Shown: piece after piece, positions 9,649 to 19,858 of the stretch
How the letters are laid out: each line of letters opens with the position of its first letter
Numbering within the stretch: position 1 is the stretch's first letter
Source of the DNA: Candidatus Latescibacterota bacterium
Lineage (GTDB): Bacteria > Latescibacterota > CBDEFO01
Assembly (NCBI GenBank): GCA_965237525.1
Contig: CBDEFO010000004.1
Location: 416,001 to 480,000 of the forward strand
DNA length: 64,000 nucleotides
Direction: 5' to 3'
Position numbers and translations under genes: made by a program
The notes under the pieces: model-generated
Seen by the model: the letters and a program-made list of their open reading frames with translations, nothing else
Database searches by the model: none
What the model was told of the DNA's origin: nothing

Positions 9649-10800
9649 ATGGCAAAACGCGATTATTACGAGATATTGGAAATAGACAAAGGCTCCTCTC
9701 TTGAGGAGATAAAGAAAGCTTACAGAAAACAGGCTCTCAAATTTCATCCGGACAGAAACCCTGGAGATAATGAGGCAGAGGAAAAGTTCAAAGAGGCATC
9801 CGAGGCCTACGAGGTTCTGACCGATTCTGAAAAGAGATCTGCCTACGACCGATTTGGGCACGAGGGTCTGGGTGGTTCGTTTGGAACGGGGAATTTCCAG
9901 TGGTCGGATTTTACGCACGCTGCGGATTTTGAGGATATATTAGGGAACCTTTTCGGCGGCAGCCTTTTTGAGGACTTCTTCGGTACGAGGAGACGCTCGA
10001 GGAGAGGCAGTCCTCGAAAGGGAAGGGATAGAAGGATCACTTTAAGGCTGACATTGGAGGAGATATCTACAGGCGTCCAGAAGAAGGTGAGGGTTTCACG
10101 GTTGGAGCGCTGCGATGTCTGTCAGGGGAGCGGAGCTGAGCCAGGAACGTCTCCAAAGACCTGTCCTACCTGTAGCGGGAGCGGAGAGGTAAGACAGGCA
10201 TCCAGGTCGCTGTTCGGTCAGTTCATCAACGTGACGACCTGTCCGACCTGTGGTGGGGAAGGACAGGCGATAGATAAGCAGTGCCACAAATGCTCGGGTG
10301 AGGGAAGAGTGCAAAGCTCAACTACTATCTCTGTAGATGTTCCGGCCGGTGTGGCTGCGGGAAACTATATTTCTATGCGCGAGCAGGGAGACGCCGGACC
10401 CAAAGGTGGACCCCGAGGTGACCTTCTGGTCTTCATAGAAGAAGAGGAACATGAGTATTTCGAAAGGCACGGAGACGATGTTCTTTACGAACATCTAATA
10501 GACGTCACCCAAGCTGCTTTGGGAGATGAAGTGGAGGTTCCAACTCTTTCGGGACGGGTCAAAATGACGATAAAACCAGGAACTCAGTCCGGTCAAATAT
10601 TTCGACTCAGAGGAAAGGCTATACCTAAGTTGAACGGATCGGGAAGGGGTGATCAATTGGTCAAAGTTACGGTTTGGACGCCAACTAAACTTAGTCAAGA
10701 AGAAAGAGAGCTCTTCAGAGAACTAGCCAAACACGAAAATATCTCTCCTCCCGAATCTGAAAAGGGATTCTTCCAAAAATTCAAAGACGCTTTTCAATAG
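9649..10800 (+). CDS. dnaJ: Chaperone DnaJ
   Basis: J domain with HPD; four CxxCxGxG repeats. Confidence 0.97.
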   Translation: MAKRDYYEILEIDKGSSLEEIKKAYRKQALKFHPDRNPGDNEAEEKFKEASEAYEVLTDSEKRSAYDRFGHEGLGGSFGTGNFQWSDFTHAADFEDILGNLFGGSLFEDFFGTRRRSRRGSPRKGRDRRITLRLTLEEISTGVQKKVRVSRLERCDVCQGSGAEPGTSPKTCPTCSGSGEVRQASRSLFGQFINVTTCPTCGGEGQAIDKQCHKCSGEGRVQSSTTISVDVPAGVAAGNYISMREQGDAGPKGGPRGDLLVFIEEEEHEYFERHGDDVLYEHLIDVTQAALGDEVEVPTLSGRVKMTIKPGTQSGQIFRLRGKAIPKLNGSGRGDQLVKVTVWTPTKLSQEERELFRELAKHENISPPESEKGFFQKFKDAFQ

Positions 10801-10921
10801 TAAGACAGTAGACAGGGGGTACCGCCTCTCCTCCAAACCGTCATTGCGAGCACCCCCGATTGAATCTATCAGGGGGAAGCAATCTCACTTAAACTGCCTC
10901 GTCTACTATTTGCCGTCCACT
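10798..10921. repeat. Composite repeat: AGTAGAC flanks, CGTC-type REP (10839-10886), 23-bp palindrome (10853-10875) in its loop
   Basis: cgtcattgcgagca-CCCCCGATTGAATCTATCAGGGG-gaagcaatctc. Confidence 0.85.
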
Positions 10922-11002
10922 ATTTTGGATCTCTATAATCACCTCCAGACTATTTTGACCCGATACTTAGTTGCGTTTAAAGTGACTATAGGGGCTGACA
11001 AT

Positions 11003-11923
11003 GTGACGGATGTAAAAGGACAGGCCTCTCAGGATAGAGATTGGTTTGAGTTAAAGACACAGGTATCATACCAATCTGCAGACTCGGTGGCTAACTTCCT
11101 GATGGAGATGGGAAGTTTGGGAATCCAGTTGGACGAGGCATCGTCTGACCCTTTCGTCAAATTGACCGCCTATTTTCACAGGACAACAGACCCCGAGAAG
11201 ATTCTATTCCGACTGGATAACTACCTTCGTTGTCTCTTAGACATCGGCTCTCTGACTTCGATCTTGCCTCCTTTGCTTCGTGATCTGAAAGGCTTGAATT
11301 GGGAGGCTAAAAGGCGGCTACACTTCCCTCCGGTTAGGATCTCCGAAAAGATTATTATTATCCCTCCTTGGGGGAAAAGTCCTTCCAAGACAGAAGTGAA
11401 CGCTCCACTTTTTATCGTTATCGATCCAAAGATGGCGTTCGGGACAGGTAAGCACGAGACCACACAGGTTGCGCTTCTGCTTTTGGAAAAAACGATTCGA
11501 AAAGGAGATTTTGTGCTCGATGTGGGGACAGGAACGGGAATACAGAGTATCGCGGCCGCCAAATTAGGGGCAGAAAGGATAGTGGGTGTTGACATAGATC
11601 CACAGGCGATAAGGGATGCAGGGGAGAATTTAACTTTGAACAACGTCTCCTCTAAAGTCCGCCTCCAGACCGGTACAGTAACAGATATAGCCGCCAGAGA
11701 TTTTGACCTTATTGTGGCTAACATAGAGACACAGGCTCTCCTTCCCTGTTTAGACAGATTCGAAGAGCTTCTCAAGCCCAGGGGAAGGGTTATTTTTTCT
11801 GGTATTCTGGCATCTGAGGAGGATCTATTCAGCTCAAAACTCAAAGAGAGGGGATTTGAGAATCCCTCGTCCGAGAAGATGGGCCAGTGGGTGGGAATAT
11901 CGGCCATCTCGAAAGGAACGTAA
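11003..11923 (+). CDS. prmA: Ribosomal protein L11 methyltransferase
   Basis: IDPKMAFGTGKHETT, LDVGTGTG, DLIVANI; start refined to GTG 11003 (longer ORF is repeat-derived). Confidence 0.92.
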   Translation: MTDVKGQASQDRDWFELKTQVSYQSADSVANFLMEMGSLGIQLDEASSDPFVKLTAYFHRTTDPEKILFRLDNYLRCLLDIGSLTSILPPLLRDLKGLNWEAKRRLHFPPVRISEKIIIIPPWGKSPSKTEVNAPLFIVIDPKMAFGTGKHETTQVALLLLEKTIRKGDFVLDVGTGTGIQSIAAAKLGAERIVGVDIDPQAIRDAGENLTLNNVSSKVRLQTGTVTDIAARDFDLIVANIETQALLPCLDRFEELLKPRGRVIFSGILASEEDLFSSKLKERGFENPSSEKMGQWVGISAISKGT

Positions 11924-12651
11924 TGTCCGGCTTCTACATCGCTCCGGATGACGTTTGTAAAGACCGCGCCATCCTCAGGGGCGAAGAATTTCATCACGCA
12001 ATTCACGTAAAGCGGACTAACATAGGAGATATCATAGACGCGGTAGATGGCATCGGAAATTTCTACCGGATCGAAATAGATTCTGTCGAGAGTGACAGAC
12101 TCGAAGGCCACATCGTCTTTTGCGATCAGAACGTCGGAGAGCCTGAATATAAGGTAACTTTGGCACAATCTCTGATAAGAGGAAACAGATTCGATCTGGT
12201 GGTTGAAAAGGCTGTGGAGGTCGGAATCTACAGGATAGTGCCGGTCATTTCCTGTAGAACCGTGCGCGCTTTGAAGGGGAAAACAGGGCGGTGGAGGAAG
12301 ATAGCAAAGTCGGCTATGAAACAGTCGGGAAGATCCCGTCTCCCCCAAATCTGTAATCCACTACCCCTTGACGATTCCCTCTGTCTGCTTAATAACGATA
12401 CGGACGTCCTTCTGATGGCCTGGGAGGGCGAAACGGATGGGACACTCAAAGATGCTCTTTCTGAATGTAAGGGAGTAGAATCTGTAGGAGTCGTTATCGG
12501 TCCTGAGGGAGGGTTCACAAAGGAGGAGGTCCAAATAGCTCGCAAATTCGGAGCATCCACCTTTTCTCTTGGACCCACAAAGCTTAAATCCGAGACCGCC
12601 GGAATAGTCTCGACAGCTCTCGTATTATACCAACTGCGACAGATAGTGTGA
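11923..12651 (+). CDS. rsmE: 16S rRNA m3U1498 methyltransferase RsmE
   Basis: EKAVEVG, AMKQSGR, IGPEGGF, SLG...KSETA. Confidence 0.93.
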   Translation: MSGFYIAPDDVCKDRAILRGEEFHHAIHVKRTNIGDIIDAVDGIGNFYRIEIDSVESDRLEGHIVFCDQNVGEPEYKVTLAQSLIRGNRFDLVVEKAVEVGIYRIVPVISCRTVRALKGKTGRWRKIAKSAMKQSGRSRLPQICNPLPLDDSLCLLNNDTDVLLMAWEGETDGTLKDALSECKGVESVGVVIGPEGGFTKEEVQIARKFGASTFSLGPTKLKSETAGIVSTALVLYQLRQIV

Positions 12652-12653
12652 TT

Positions 12654-12744
12654 AATAGACAGTAAGCAGGGGGTGGAGTGGCCCTGTCTACCCCCGATTG
12701 AACCCCCGATTGACTCTATGGGGGGTCGGGGGCTACTGGCTACT
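12654..12744. repeat. Composite repeat with self-nested 23-bp palindrome (outer 12691-12732, inner 12703-12725)
   Basis: CCCCCGATTGAA[CCCCCGATTGACTCTATGGGGGG]TCGGGGG. Confidence 0.85.
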
Positions 12745-12763
12745 TCTTTTGAGGAGGCCTTCT

Positions 12764-13108
12764 ATGCCCGACTGCATATTCTGCAAGATAGCTGATGGAG
12801 AAATCCAAAGCACTATAGTATACAGCGACGACGATCTTGTGGCTTTTGAGGATGTAAACCCACAAGCCCCAGTCCATATATTGGTCATTCCCAGAAGGCA
12901 CATTTCTACCTTGAACGATCTTTCAGTGGGTGATAGCGATACAATAGCCAAAATGATCATAGCAGCAGCCGAGATAGCCAAGGACAGAGGGATATCGGAT
13001 TCGGGCTACAGGCTCGTTTTTAACTGCAACCGCGGGGCGGGACAGTCGGTCTTTCATATACATATGCACCTTTTGGGAGGCAGGAGCATGAACTGGCCGC
13101 CCGGATGA
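12764..13108 (+). CDS. Histidine triad (HIT) nucleotide-binding protein
   Basis: DCIFCKI, GQSVFHIHMHLLGGR..WPPG; GAGGAGG RBS. Confidence 0.95.
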   Translation: MPDCIFCKIADGEIQSTIVYSDDDLVAFEDVNPQAPVHILVIPRRHISTLNDLSVGDSDTIAKMIIAAAEIAKDRGISDSGYRLVFNCNRGAGQSVFHIHMHLLGGRSMNWPPG

Positions 13109-13275
13109 AGGGGTATCGAAGAACCTTTTGGGCAAAATAGAATTAACTTGACATGATGTGGACATTGTTGCAAATTTATAACTTCAAAGCGGAAAAAGTT
13201 GAATCCCACCGGCGGAAGAGATAGTCATATAGACTTAGTAGATGCTGCACAACATCTTCAAAAGGAGATGGAGTT

Positions 13276-14358
13276 GTGATGCGCATGATTGTAACATTTT
13301 CGTCGGGGATCGGCGCTATGCTCCTCATTCTTGGATGTGGTCGGGGACCAGCCGATAGTGTAATTGGATCGGATTACTCAGGCTCCACATCGGCAGATCA
13401 GGAGTCAACAGATAGACTTAAGAAAGCTGCAGGAGAGGACGACAGCGGTGATCTCGTGGTCGGTACGGAGGATTCAGGAGACATCAGGAACCTGATTGAC
13501 CTTGTGGCTGGCGCGGATCACGAGGGTCATGGTGGTTCTCATAGTGATCAGATAACTCATGACATAGAGCAAGACGGCGATAGTGATTCTCACAGCGATG
13601 AGGTGACTGATGACATAGAACGCGACGTTGATCGTGATACTCATAGTGATCAGATAACTCACGACATAGAGCAAGACGGCGATAGTGATTCTCATGGAGA
13701 CAATCTTGCTCGTGCCTTAGATCACGACAATGATAGTGATTCTCATAGCGATGAAGTGACTGATGACATAGAACGCGACGTTGATCGTGATACTCATAGT
13801 GATCAGATAACTCATGGCATAGAGCAAGACAGCGATAGTGATTCTCATGGAGACAATCTTGCTCGTGCCTTAGATCACGACAATGATAGTGATTCTCATA
13901 GCGATGAAGTGACTGATGACATAGAACGCGACGTTGATCGTGATACTCATAGTGATCAGATAACTCATGGCATAGAGCAAGACAGCGATAGTGATTCTCA
14001 TGGAGACAATCTTGCTCGTGCCTTAGATCACGACAATGATAGTGATTCTCATAGCGATGAAGTGACTGATGACATAGAACGCGACGTTGATCGTGATACT
14101 CATAGTGATCAGATAACTCATGGCATAGAGCAAGACAGCGATAGTGATTCTCATGGAGACAATCTTGCTCGTGCCTTAGATCACGACAATGATAGTGATT
14201 CTCATAGCGATGAAGTGACTGATGACATAGAACGCGACGTTGATCGTGATACTCATAGTGATCAGATAACTCATGACATAGAGCAAGACGGCGATAGTGA
14301 TTCTCATAGCGATGATGTTTCTGGTGATGAGGACGGGACGGACCACAGTCACGAATAG
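13276..14358 (+). CDS. His/Asp-rich tandem-repeat lipoprotein
   Basis: AAGGAG RBS; lipobox ILGC; 17-aa repeats. Confidence 0.8.
   Translation: MMRMIVTFSSGIGAMLLILGCGRGPADSVIGSDYSGSTSADQESTDRLKKAAGEDDSGDLVVGTEDSGDIRNLIDLVAGADHEGHGGSHSDQITHDIEQDGDSDSHSDEVTDDIERDVDRDTHSDQITHDIEQDGDSDSHGDNLARALDHDNDSDSHSDEVTDDIERDVDRDTHSDQITHGIEQDSDSDSHGDNLARALDHDNDSDSHSDEVTDDIERDVDRDTHSDQITHGIEQDSDSDSHGDNLARALDHDNDSDSHSDEVTDDIERDVDRDTHSDQITHGIEQDSDSDSHGDNLARALDHDNDSDSHSDEVTDDIERDVDRDTHSDQITHDIEQDGDSDSHSDDVSGDEDGTDHSHE
13540..14304 (+). repeat. Intragenic tandem repeat: 15 x 51-bp units arranged in a 153-bp higher-order repeat
   Basis: ggagacaatcttgct recurs at 13696, 13849, 14002, 14155. Confidence 0.95.
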
Positions 14359-14383
14359 AAAGGCTATGTAGCAGCCGGCGACG

Positions 14384-14421
14384 GCGACATGCAGGGCGTC
14401 ATGCGACATGCAGGGCGTCAT
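14384..14421. repeat. 19-bp perfect tandem duplication
   Basis: gcgacatgcagggcgtcat x2. Confidence 0.9.
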
Positions 14422-14599
14422 CAGGATGTCAAAGACCTATCATTCAAGATTAATCGAAGGTCCAAGGAGAAGTCTCCCGGCTTCATAGGACTAATAACCT
14501 GTACGCAGTGGGTAGGGGGGAAGTTCCGCTGTGTACTCATATCCGATAACTTTTGTCAAGATACTTAGTTTAGATTCTAATTGTTGGAAGGAAAGGGAA

Positions 14600-14773
14600 A
14601 TGTCTCTGAAAAAGGAACTTCTGGACATCCTTGCATGTCCTAAATGCAAGGGGGAGTTGGAATACGATCAAGAGAACGAAAAGCTTACCTGCTGGTCGTG
14701 CAAGCTGCGATATTCCATTGAGGATGACATACCTATTATGCTCATAGATGAGGCGGAAAAGATCGAAGATTGA
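14600..14773 (+). CDS. Trm112/YcaR family protein
   Basis: LLDILACPKCKGEL...C..C...Y.IEDDIPIML.DEA. Confidence 0.92.
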   Translation: MSLKKELLDILACPKCKGELEYDQENEKLTCWSCKLRYSIEDDIPIMLIDEAEKIED

Positions 14774-17700
14774 ACATCGGTGAAAAAATTCGCAAGGTGT
14801 CCGCAGAAGGCTTATATATGCATCGCTTCGCTCTGTTTGCCGCCTTACTTTTAGCCCTGTCGGCTTACAGTCACGCCGGAGAGATAGCAGTGACCAGTTC
14901 GGATCGTTCTGGAATAGGATTAGTTTACACGATAGATGAATTTGAAGGAGCCCGGTTAGAAAGAAACGTAAGGGAGGACGTAGCTCTTTTTATGGACGCG
15001 GATCAAGCGGAGACAGATAGAGGTTCGATAGTCTTCCCGTCAGAATCCTTCTTGATAGCGGTTCCACCTAATGGCGGGGCTATACTCAGACGGGTAGATA
15101 GTGATCTACTGCTTAACATTTTTCAGACTGAGTCCACAAAGGACTATCGTGACGCGCCAACACAACCGGTGGTTCTTTCAGAACCGGGCACTTTGAGGGA
15201 TCAAAGTGTCGTTACCCTCACCTTTTACCCAGCGGTGTACGATCCCTCAAAAGATCATATCGTCGCCTACAAGCAAATAGAAGCTAATATTGGGTTCTAC
15301 GGCGATTATGAAGGTCCCCTCTCCGTCTCTCACCGTGAATCGGAAATAGGTGAAGAAATATACAAAATCCTTCTCAACTATCAAGAGGGCAAGTACTGGA
15401 GGAAAGGTACAGATGACTCCAGTCCCAAGGTCATTTCTGATGGTCCCTTTGCTTCGGGAGAGTGGCTGAAGATTCACATCGAAGATGATGGAATATATGC
15501 CATAAGCGGTACGGATATCCAAAACGCCGGAGTGGACATATCAAGGATCGATCCGAACACCATAAAGATGTTTTACGGAGGGGGGGAACAACTCCCCGAG
15601 GGAATGTTCACCCCAAGAAGACAGAATATGGACAAGATAGCCATCCGTGTGGACGATGGAGGAGACGGAAGGCTGGATCCGGACGATTATATGCTCTTCT
15701 ACGGGAACAATATCTCCAGATGGCGTTACGTTTCGAGGAAGAAGGAATTTGCGTACTTCCTTAATGAATTTACCAGACAGAACGTATATTGGCTTACCTT
15801 CGGGAGTGGACAGGGCAAGAGGATGATCCCTCTGGACGGAAGTCTCAAGGATCCTGACCCTGTGCGTCCCTTAAGCTTTAGGGACAGGCTCCACGTTGAG
15901 CAGGAGCTCTTTTCGTTTGAGAAGGACTCGGGTAGACGGTGGTACTGGGAAGATTACTCAGGAAACAGGAGAGTCAAAAGGCGGTTGATCACCTCTCCTG
16001 CCGAAGGACCTACAAACGTTAAAGTCAGATTTCTAGGCAATCAAGACAACGTAAAGCACGAGTTTTCGTTCTCTTTCAACGGCTCTTCCCTTGGGAACGC
16101 TCAGTTCTACAACAGATCTACAGAGATCGTAGAGCTTGAGTCTCCCGAGCCTCCCAGGGACGGACTTAACGATTTAGAGATAAGACAGATAGGAAAGACA
16201 TCCGTCCGACTGGACTGGTACGAATTAGAGTATTCTAGAAAGTTCGTCATAGACGAGGGGGAACTCTTCTTCACCTCCCCTGTCGATTCCGGGAGCGCCC
16301 AATTTGAAATTTCCGGTGTTTTAAGTCCGGTCTTTGAAATTCTTGAGGTCTCAGATCCTTTCAATGTCTTAAGGGTTGTCAACTTTTCCTACGACAGTGG
16401 CAAGGAGTCCGTCACATTTCAGGGCCAAAGCAAAAAGAATCCTCCCATGCAGTATTGTATTGCGCTAGATTCTCAGTGGAAGTCTCCCGCTAGAATATCT
16501 TTGAAGGAAAACTCCAACCTCAGAAGCCCCGATAATGGCGCCGACTATCTGCTCATAACGCACAGGGACTTTATTGACGAGGCCAGAAGGCTTGCCGAAT
16601 GGAGGGAGACCGATGACCGCTTTGGACCGCCCCTATCTGTCGAGCTTATAGATGTTGAACACATCTACGATGAGTTTTCCTGGGGGGTCTTCGATCCTAC
16701 AGCCATAAGGGATTTTATAAAGCATACTTTCGGCAACTGGAGGATAAGGCCGACATTTGTCAATCTCTTCGGCGACGGGTCGTTCGATTACAAGAACAAC
16801 AGCGGCATCAGCCCGGGTAATTGGATACCTCCCTATGAGAAGAGCATAAGCAGTCTGGACGAGTGGTACGTCCTTGTCAGTGACGACAGAGACAGGCGTC
16901 CTGATATGGCTATAGGAAGGATCTCCGTTCAGACTAAAGAAGAGGCGAAGATTGTCTCGGATAAGATCATCGGCTACGACAGAGATCCCGAGATAGGAGA
17001 CTGGCAAAGCAAGATCATTATCGTAGCGGATGACGAAAGAAAGAGCAATCCTGCGAGTTTAGAGCCGGATTTTGCGCAAGATGCCGAAGATATATCCCTA
17101 AATTTTGTGCCGCAGGAGTTGGATCAGGTTAAGATATTCCTTATGGAATTTGACAAAATAGGAAGATTCAAACCCGATGCCAACAGGGTATTCATAGACG
17201 CTTTTAATAAAGGGGCGGTGCTTTTAAGCTACGTCGGGCACGGCAACTCAGATGTCCTTGCCCACGAGCATGTCTTTGTAGCCTCAAGCGACATGTCTAA
17301 GATAAACAACGGTAGGAGGCTTCCGCTGATGTATCTGGCGGCAAGCCAGACAGGCTGGTTCGACGACCCTGATTTTGAATCTTTGCCCGAGACGATGGTC
17401 AAATGGCCGGTGGGAGGGTGCATAGCCGTCATCGGAGCCACAAGAGTAGGCTTTCACGCTTCAAACATGGATCTGAACAGGAGATTCTACGACAGGCTCT
17501 TCCTTTCAAAAAGAGAAAGTGTACCCATAGGCCTGGCATTTTGGGAAGCAAAGCTACTGGTCGGAAGTGGCGGTATCTTTAACACCCGCAGATACACCAT
17601 CTTCGGCGACCCAGGCACAAGGCTTTCCCTCCCTCTACTTTCTGTTGACATCGCCATCTCAAAGAACATCAAGGCGTTAGAAGAGGTTAAGTTTGAAGGT

Positions 17701-18645
17701 TCCGTGCTATCACCTGATGGAGATCCTACAGACTTCCAGGGACAGGCCATTATAAAGGTCTTCGACTCGGGGATTCAAGTAATCAGGACTATTGAGTCTC
17801 CCAGAGACGTCAGATATTTTCTCCCCGGAGCTACTATATTCAAAGGCACCTTCCCCGTGGATAACGGTCACTTTGCGGGTGCTTTTAAGGTCCCCAAGGA
17901 CGTAACATACGGGGGACGCTTTGCCAGAATAAGCGCGTTTGTATGGAATGACAGGATCTCAGGCACAGGCGAAGTTGAGTCTATATCTATAACTGGAACT
18001 GCAGAAGCTTCCGTGCAAGATGAGACAGGACCTACTATCGAGATAGGATTCCAGGGACAAAAAGGCTTTCAAGACGGGGATTTTGTATCGCGCACTCCTA
18101 TTCTAGAGGCGACTATCCAGGACGAAAACGGAATAAACGTAACAGGAGAAATAGGGCACGAAATACAGATCAAAATAGATGACGAAAGGGTCTTTAAGGT
18201 TACGGAGAACTTTGTAAACCAAGACAGCTACCAGGTGGGGGTTCTGAAGTATCAACTCCCGCAGCTTTCAGAAGGAGAACATACTATAGTAGTTAAAGCC
18301 TGGGATACGTTCAACAATTCATCCAAGAAGGTTGTACAAGTCGTGGTAGCTTCCGAAAGGGAGTTTTCAATTTCAAACCTTTTGTGCTATCCGAATCCGA
18401 TGACGTCCCAAACGACCTTCACTTACGAACTCAGTCAACCAGCTTTGAGTGTAAAGATCAAAGTGTTCTCACCTTCAGGCAGACTTATAGACGATCTTGA
18501 GGGGGAGACTGGGAGGGGATACAACCAGACTGGTTGGATACCCGATGTCGAGTTAGCAAACGGCGTGTATCTCTACAAAATTGAGGTCCTAGGATCTGGA
18601 GGAGACAAAGATGAGAAGACGGATAAGATTGTAGTTATGAGATAG
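14770..18645 (+). CDS. porU: PorU-like type IX secretion sortase (peptidase C25) with C-terminal sorting domain
   Basis: IYDEFSWG..DPTAIRDF, LFGDGSFDYK, IGRI, YVGHG, FGDP, KAWD..NNS, CYPNP; start may be ATG 14818. Confidence 0.88.
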   Translation: MNIGEKIRKVSAEGLYMHRFALFAALLLALSAYSHAGEIAVTSSDRSGIGLVYTIDEFEGARLERNVREDVALFMDADQAETDRGSIVFPSESFLIAVPPNGGAILRRVDSDLLLNIFQTESTKDYRDAPTQPVVLSEPGTLRDQSVVTLTFYPAVYDPSKDHIVAYKQIEANIGFYGDYEGPLSVSHRESEIGEEIYKILLNYQEGKYWRKGTDDSSPKVISDGPFASGEWLKIHIEDDGIYAISGTDIQNAGVDISRIDPNTIKMFYGGGEQLPEGMFTPRRQNMDKIAIRVDDGGDGRLDPDDYMLFYGNNISRWRYVSRKKEFAYFLNEFTRQNVYWLTFGSGQGKRMIPLDGSLKDPDPVRPLSFRDRLHVEQELFSFEKDSGRRWYWEDYSGNRRVKRRLITSPAEGPTNVKVRFLGNQDNVKHEFSFSFNGSSLGNAQFYNRSTEIVELESPEPPRDGLNDLEIRQIGKTSVRLDWYELEYSRKFVIDEGELFFTSPVDSGSAQFEISGVLSPVFEILEVSDPFNVLRVVNFSYDSGKESVTFQGQSKKNPPMQYCIALDSQWKSPARISLKENSNLRSPDNGADYLLITHRDFIDEARRLAEWRETDDRFGPPLSVELIDVEHIYDEFSWGVFDPTAIRDFIKHTFGNWRIRPTFVNLFGDGSFDYKNNSGISPGNWIPPYEKSISSLDEWYVLVSDDRDRRPDMAIGRISVQTKEEAKIVSDKIIGYDRDPEIGDWQSKIIIVADDERKSNPASLEPDFAQDAEDISLNFVPQELDQVKIFLMEFDKIGRFKPDANRVFIDAFNKGAVLLSYVGHGNSDVLAHEHVFVASSDMSKINNGRRLPLMYLAASQTGWFDDPDFESLPETMVKWPVGGCIAVIGATRVGFHASNMDLNRRFYDRLFLSKRESVPIGLAFWEAKLLVGSGGIFNTRRYTIFGDPGTRLSLPLLSVDIAISKNIKALEEVKFEGSVLSPDGDPTDFQGQAIIKVFDSGIQVIRTIESPRDVRYFLPGATIFKGTFPVDNGHFAGAFKVPKDVTYGGRFARISAFVWNDRISGTGEVESISITGTAEASVQDETGPTIEIGFQGQKGFQDGDFVSRTPILEATIQDENGINVTGEIGHEIQIKIDDERVFKVTENFVNQDSYQVGVLKYQLPQLSEGEHTIVVKAWDTFNNSSKKVVQVVVASEREFSISNLLCYPNPMTSQTTFTYELSQPALSVKIKVFSPSGRLIDDLEGETGRGYNQTGWIPDVELANGVYLYKIEVLGSGGDKDEKTDKIVVMR

Positions 18646-18662
18646 TCAACCAAGACAGAATT

Positions 18663-18746
18663 GAGATTGCTTCGCTTCGCGCGCAATGACAGTTTGCTTG
18701 GCGTTTGCCTTAGTCATTGCTAGGGCTGCAACCCCGAAGCAATCTC
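18663..18746. repeat. Inverted pair of CGTC-type REP palindromes
   Basis: gagattgcttcg...gcaatgac and gtcattgc...gaagcaatctc. Confidence 0.8.
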
Positions 18747-18786
18747 AAAGGAATTATTTTATTCCCTTTGTTAAAAGGAGGTAAAA

Positions 18787-19842
18787 ATGCAACTAGTCAT
18801 TCGTATCGTCATCTCAGCGATAATGTTCCTCTCTCTTGCTGCACCTTCAGAGGCTACGCCAGAAAGCCAGGCTGCTGTCCTCTTTCTGTTGATAGAGCCG
18901 GGGGCACGGGCCTCAGCCTTAGGCGACGCTTACGTTTCTATAGCGGACGACGCCACAGCCAGCTACTTTAATCCTGCTGGCTTAGCGGGACAGACAAAGA
19001 GGGATATGACCTTTACCCATACCAAGTGGCTTCCAGGACTGGCGGATGACCTGTTCTTCGAGTTTGTCGGATACTCTCAGCCTATTGAAGGATGGGGAAA
19101 CGTCGGGGTCAACCTTTCGTTCCTCACTTTGGGAACTCAGGAAAGGAGAGACGAGTTCAACAACGATTTAGGCACGTTCTCCAGCTACGATTTTGCCCTT
19201 TCACTTGCGTACGGAGCGTTTGTAACTAAAGAGAGTTCAGCGGGTCTTACGCTCAAGATAATCCGCAGCAATCTTGCAGATGTAGGCACCGGTAAGGAGA
19301 GAGGAGAAGGCGTCGGCACAACGTTCGCCACCGATCTTGGCTACCTGCGGCGCTCAGAAGACGGCATCAACTTCGGAGTCGCCCTTCGCAACCTGGGGCC
19401 CAAAATAAGCTTCGTGGATGCATCTCAGGCAGATCCACTACCTCAGCATATCGTAGTCGGAGCATCGTACAAGATCATCAACACCGAGTTCAACGACATA
19501 ATGCTGACGGCCGACTTCTATAAGCCCTTAATAACCAGGGACAGTAACTTCCTGGTAGCTCTGGTCAAGGCGTGGGGAGATGAATCCTTCAAAAATGAAA
19601 GAGGCGAAATTGACATCCACTTGGGAGGAGAGTATCAATACTTTCTGGATCCCAATCAGAACTCCTTTTTCGCTCTCAGAGCGGGTTATACCTACGACAA
19701 GGACGGGGAGATCAAAACCCCGACTTTCGGCGTAGGTCTCAAGTACGACTGGGTGAGATTCGATTTTGCCTACATCTCTGGCGGTTCGAAGGATTCTCCC
19801 CTCCAGGACAGCACGAAGTTTTCGGTAAACCTGAACTTCTAA
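18787..19842 (+). CDS. porV: PorV family outer-membrane beta-barrel
   Basis: FLLIEPGARASALG...DDATASYFNPAGLA...HTKWLP...NLGPKI; AAGGAGGT RBS; terminal Phe. Confidence 0.88.
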   Translation: MQLVIRIVISAIMFLSLAAPSEATPESQAAVLFLLIEPGARASALGDAYVSIADDATASYFNPAGLAGQTKRDMTFTHTKWLPGLADDLFFEFVGYSQPIEGWGNVGVNLSFLTLGTQERRDEFNNDLGTFSSYDFALSLAYGAFVTKESSAGLTLKIIRSNLADVGTGKERGEGVGTTFATDLGYLRRSEDGINFGVALRNLGPKISFVDASQADPLPQHIVVGASYKIINTEFNDIMLTADFYKPLITRDSNFLVALVKAWGDESFKNERGEIDIHLGGEYQYFLDPNQNSFFALRAGYTYDKDGEIKTPTFGVGLKYDWVRFDFAYISGGSKDSPLQDSTKFSVNLNF

Positions 19843-19858
19843 GGCGGATCGTCCAGCT

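Noticed and set aside
10844..11002. N-terminal extensions of prmA (likewise 12698, 27585 and 40089 ORF starts)
   Set aside because: Translations of intergenic repeats (PPIESIGG, LDSRFRGND); better starts lie downstream
11221..12348. 375-aa minus-strand ORF and other antisense ORFs (35888-36598, 21622-22275)
   Set aside because: Shadows of well-supported plus-strand genes with no recognisable motifs
13540..14304. Possible CRISPR array
   Set aside because: No unique spacers; the repeat is in-frame and coding; no cas genes
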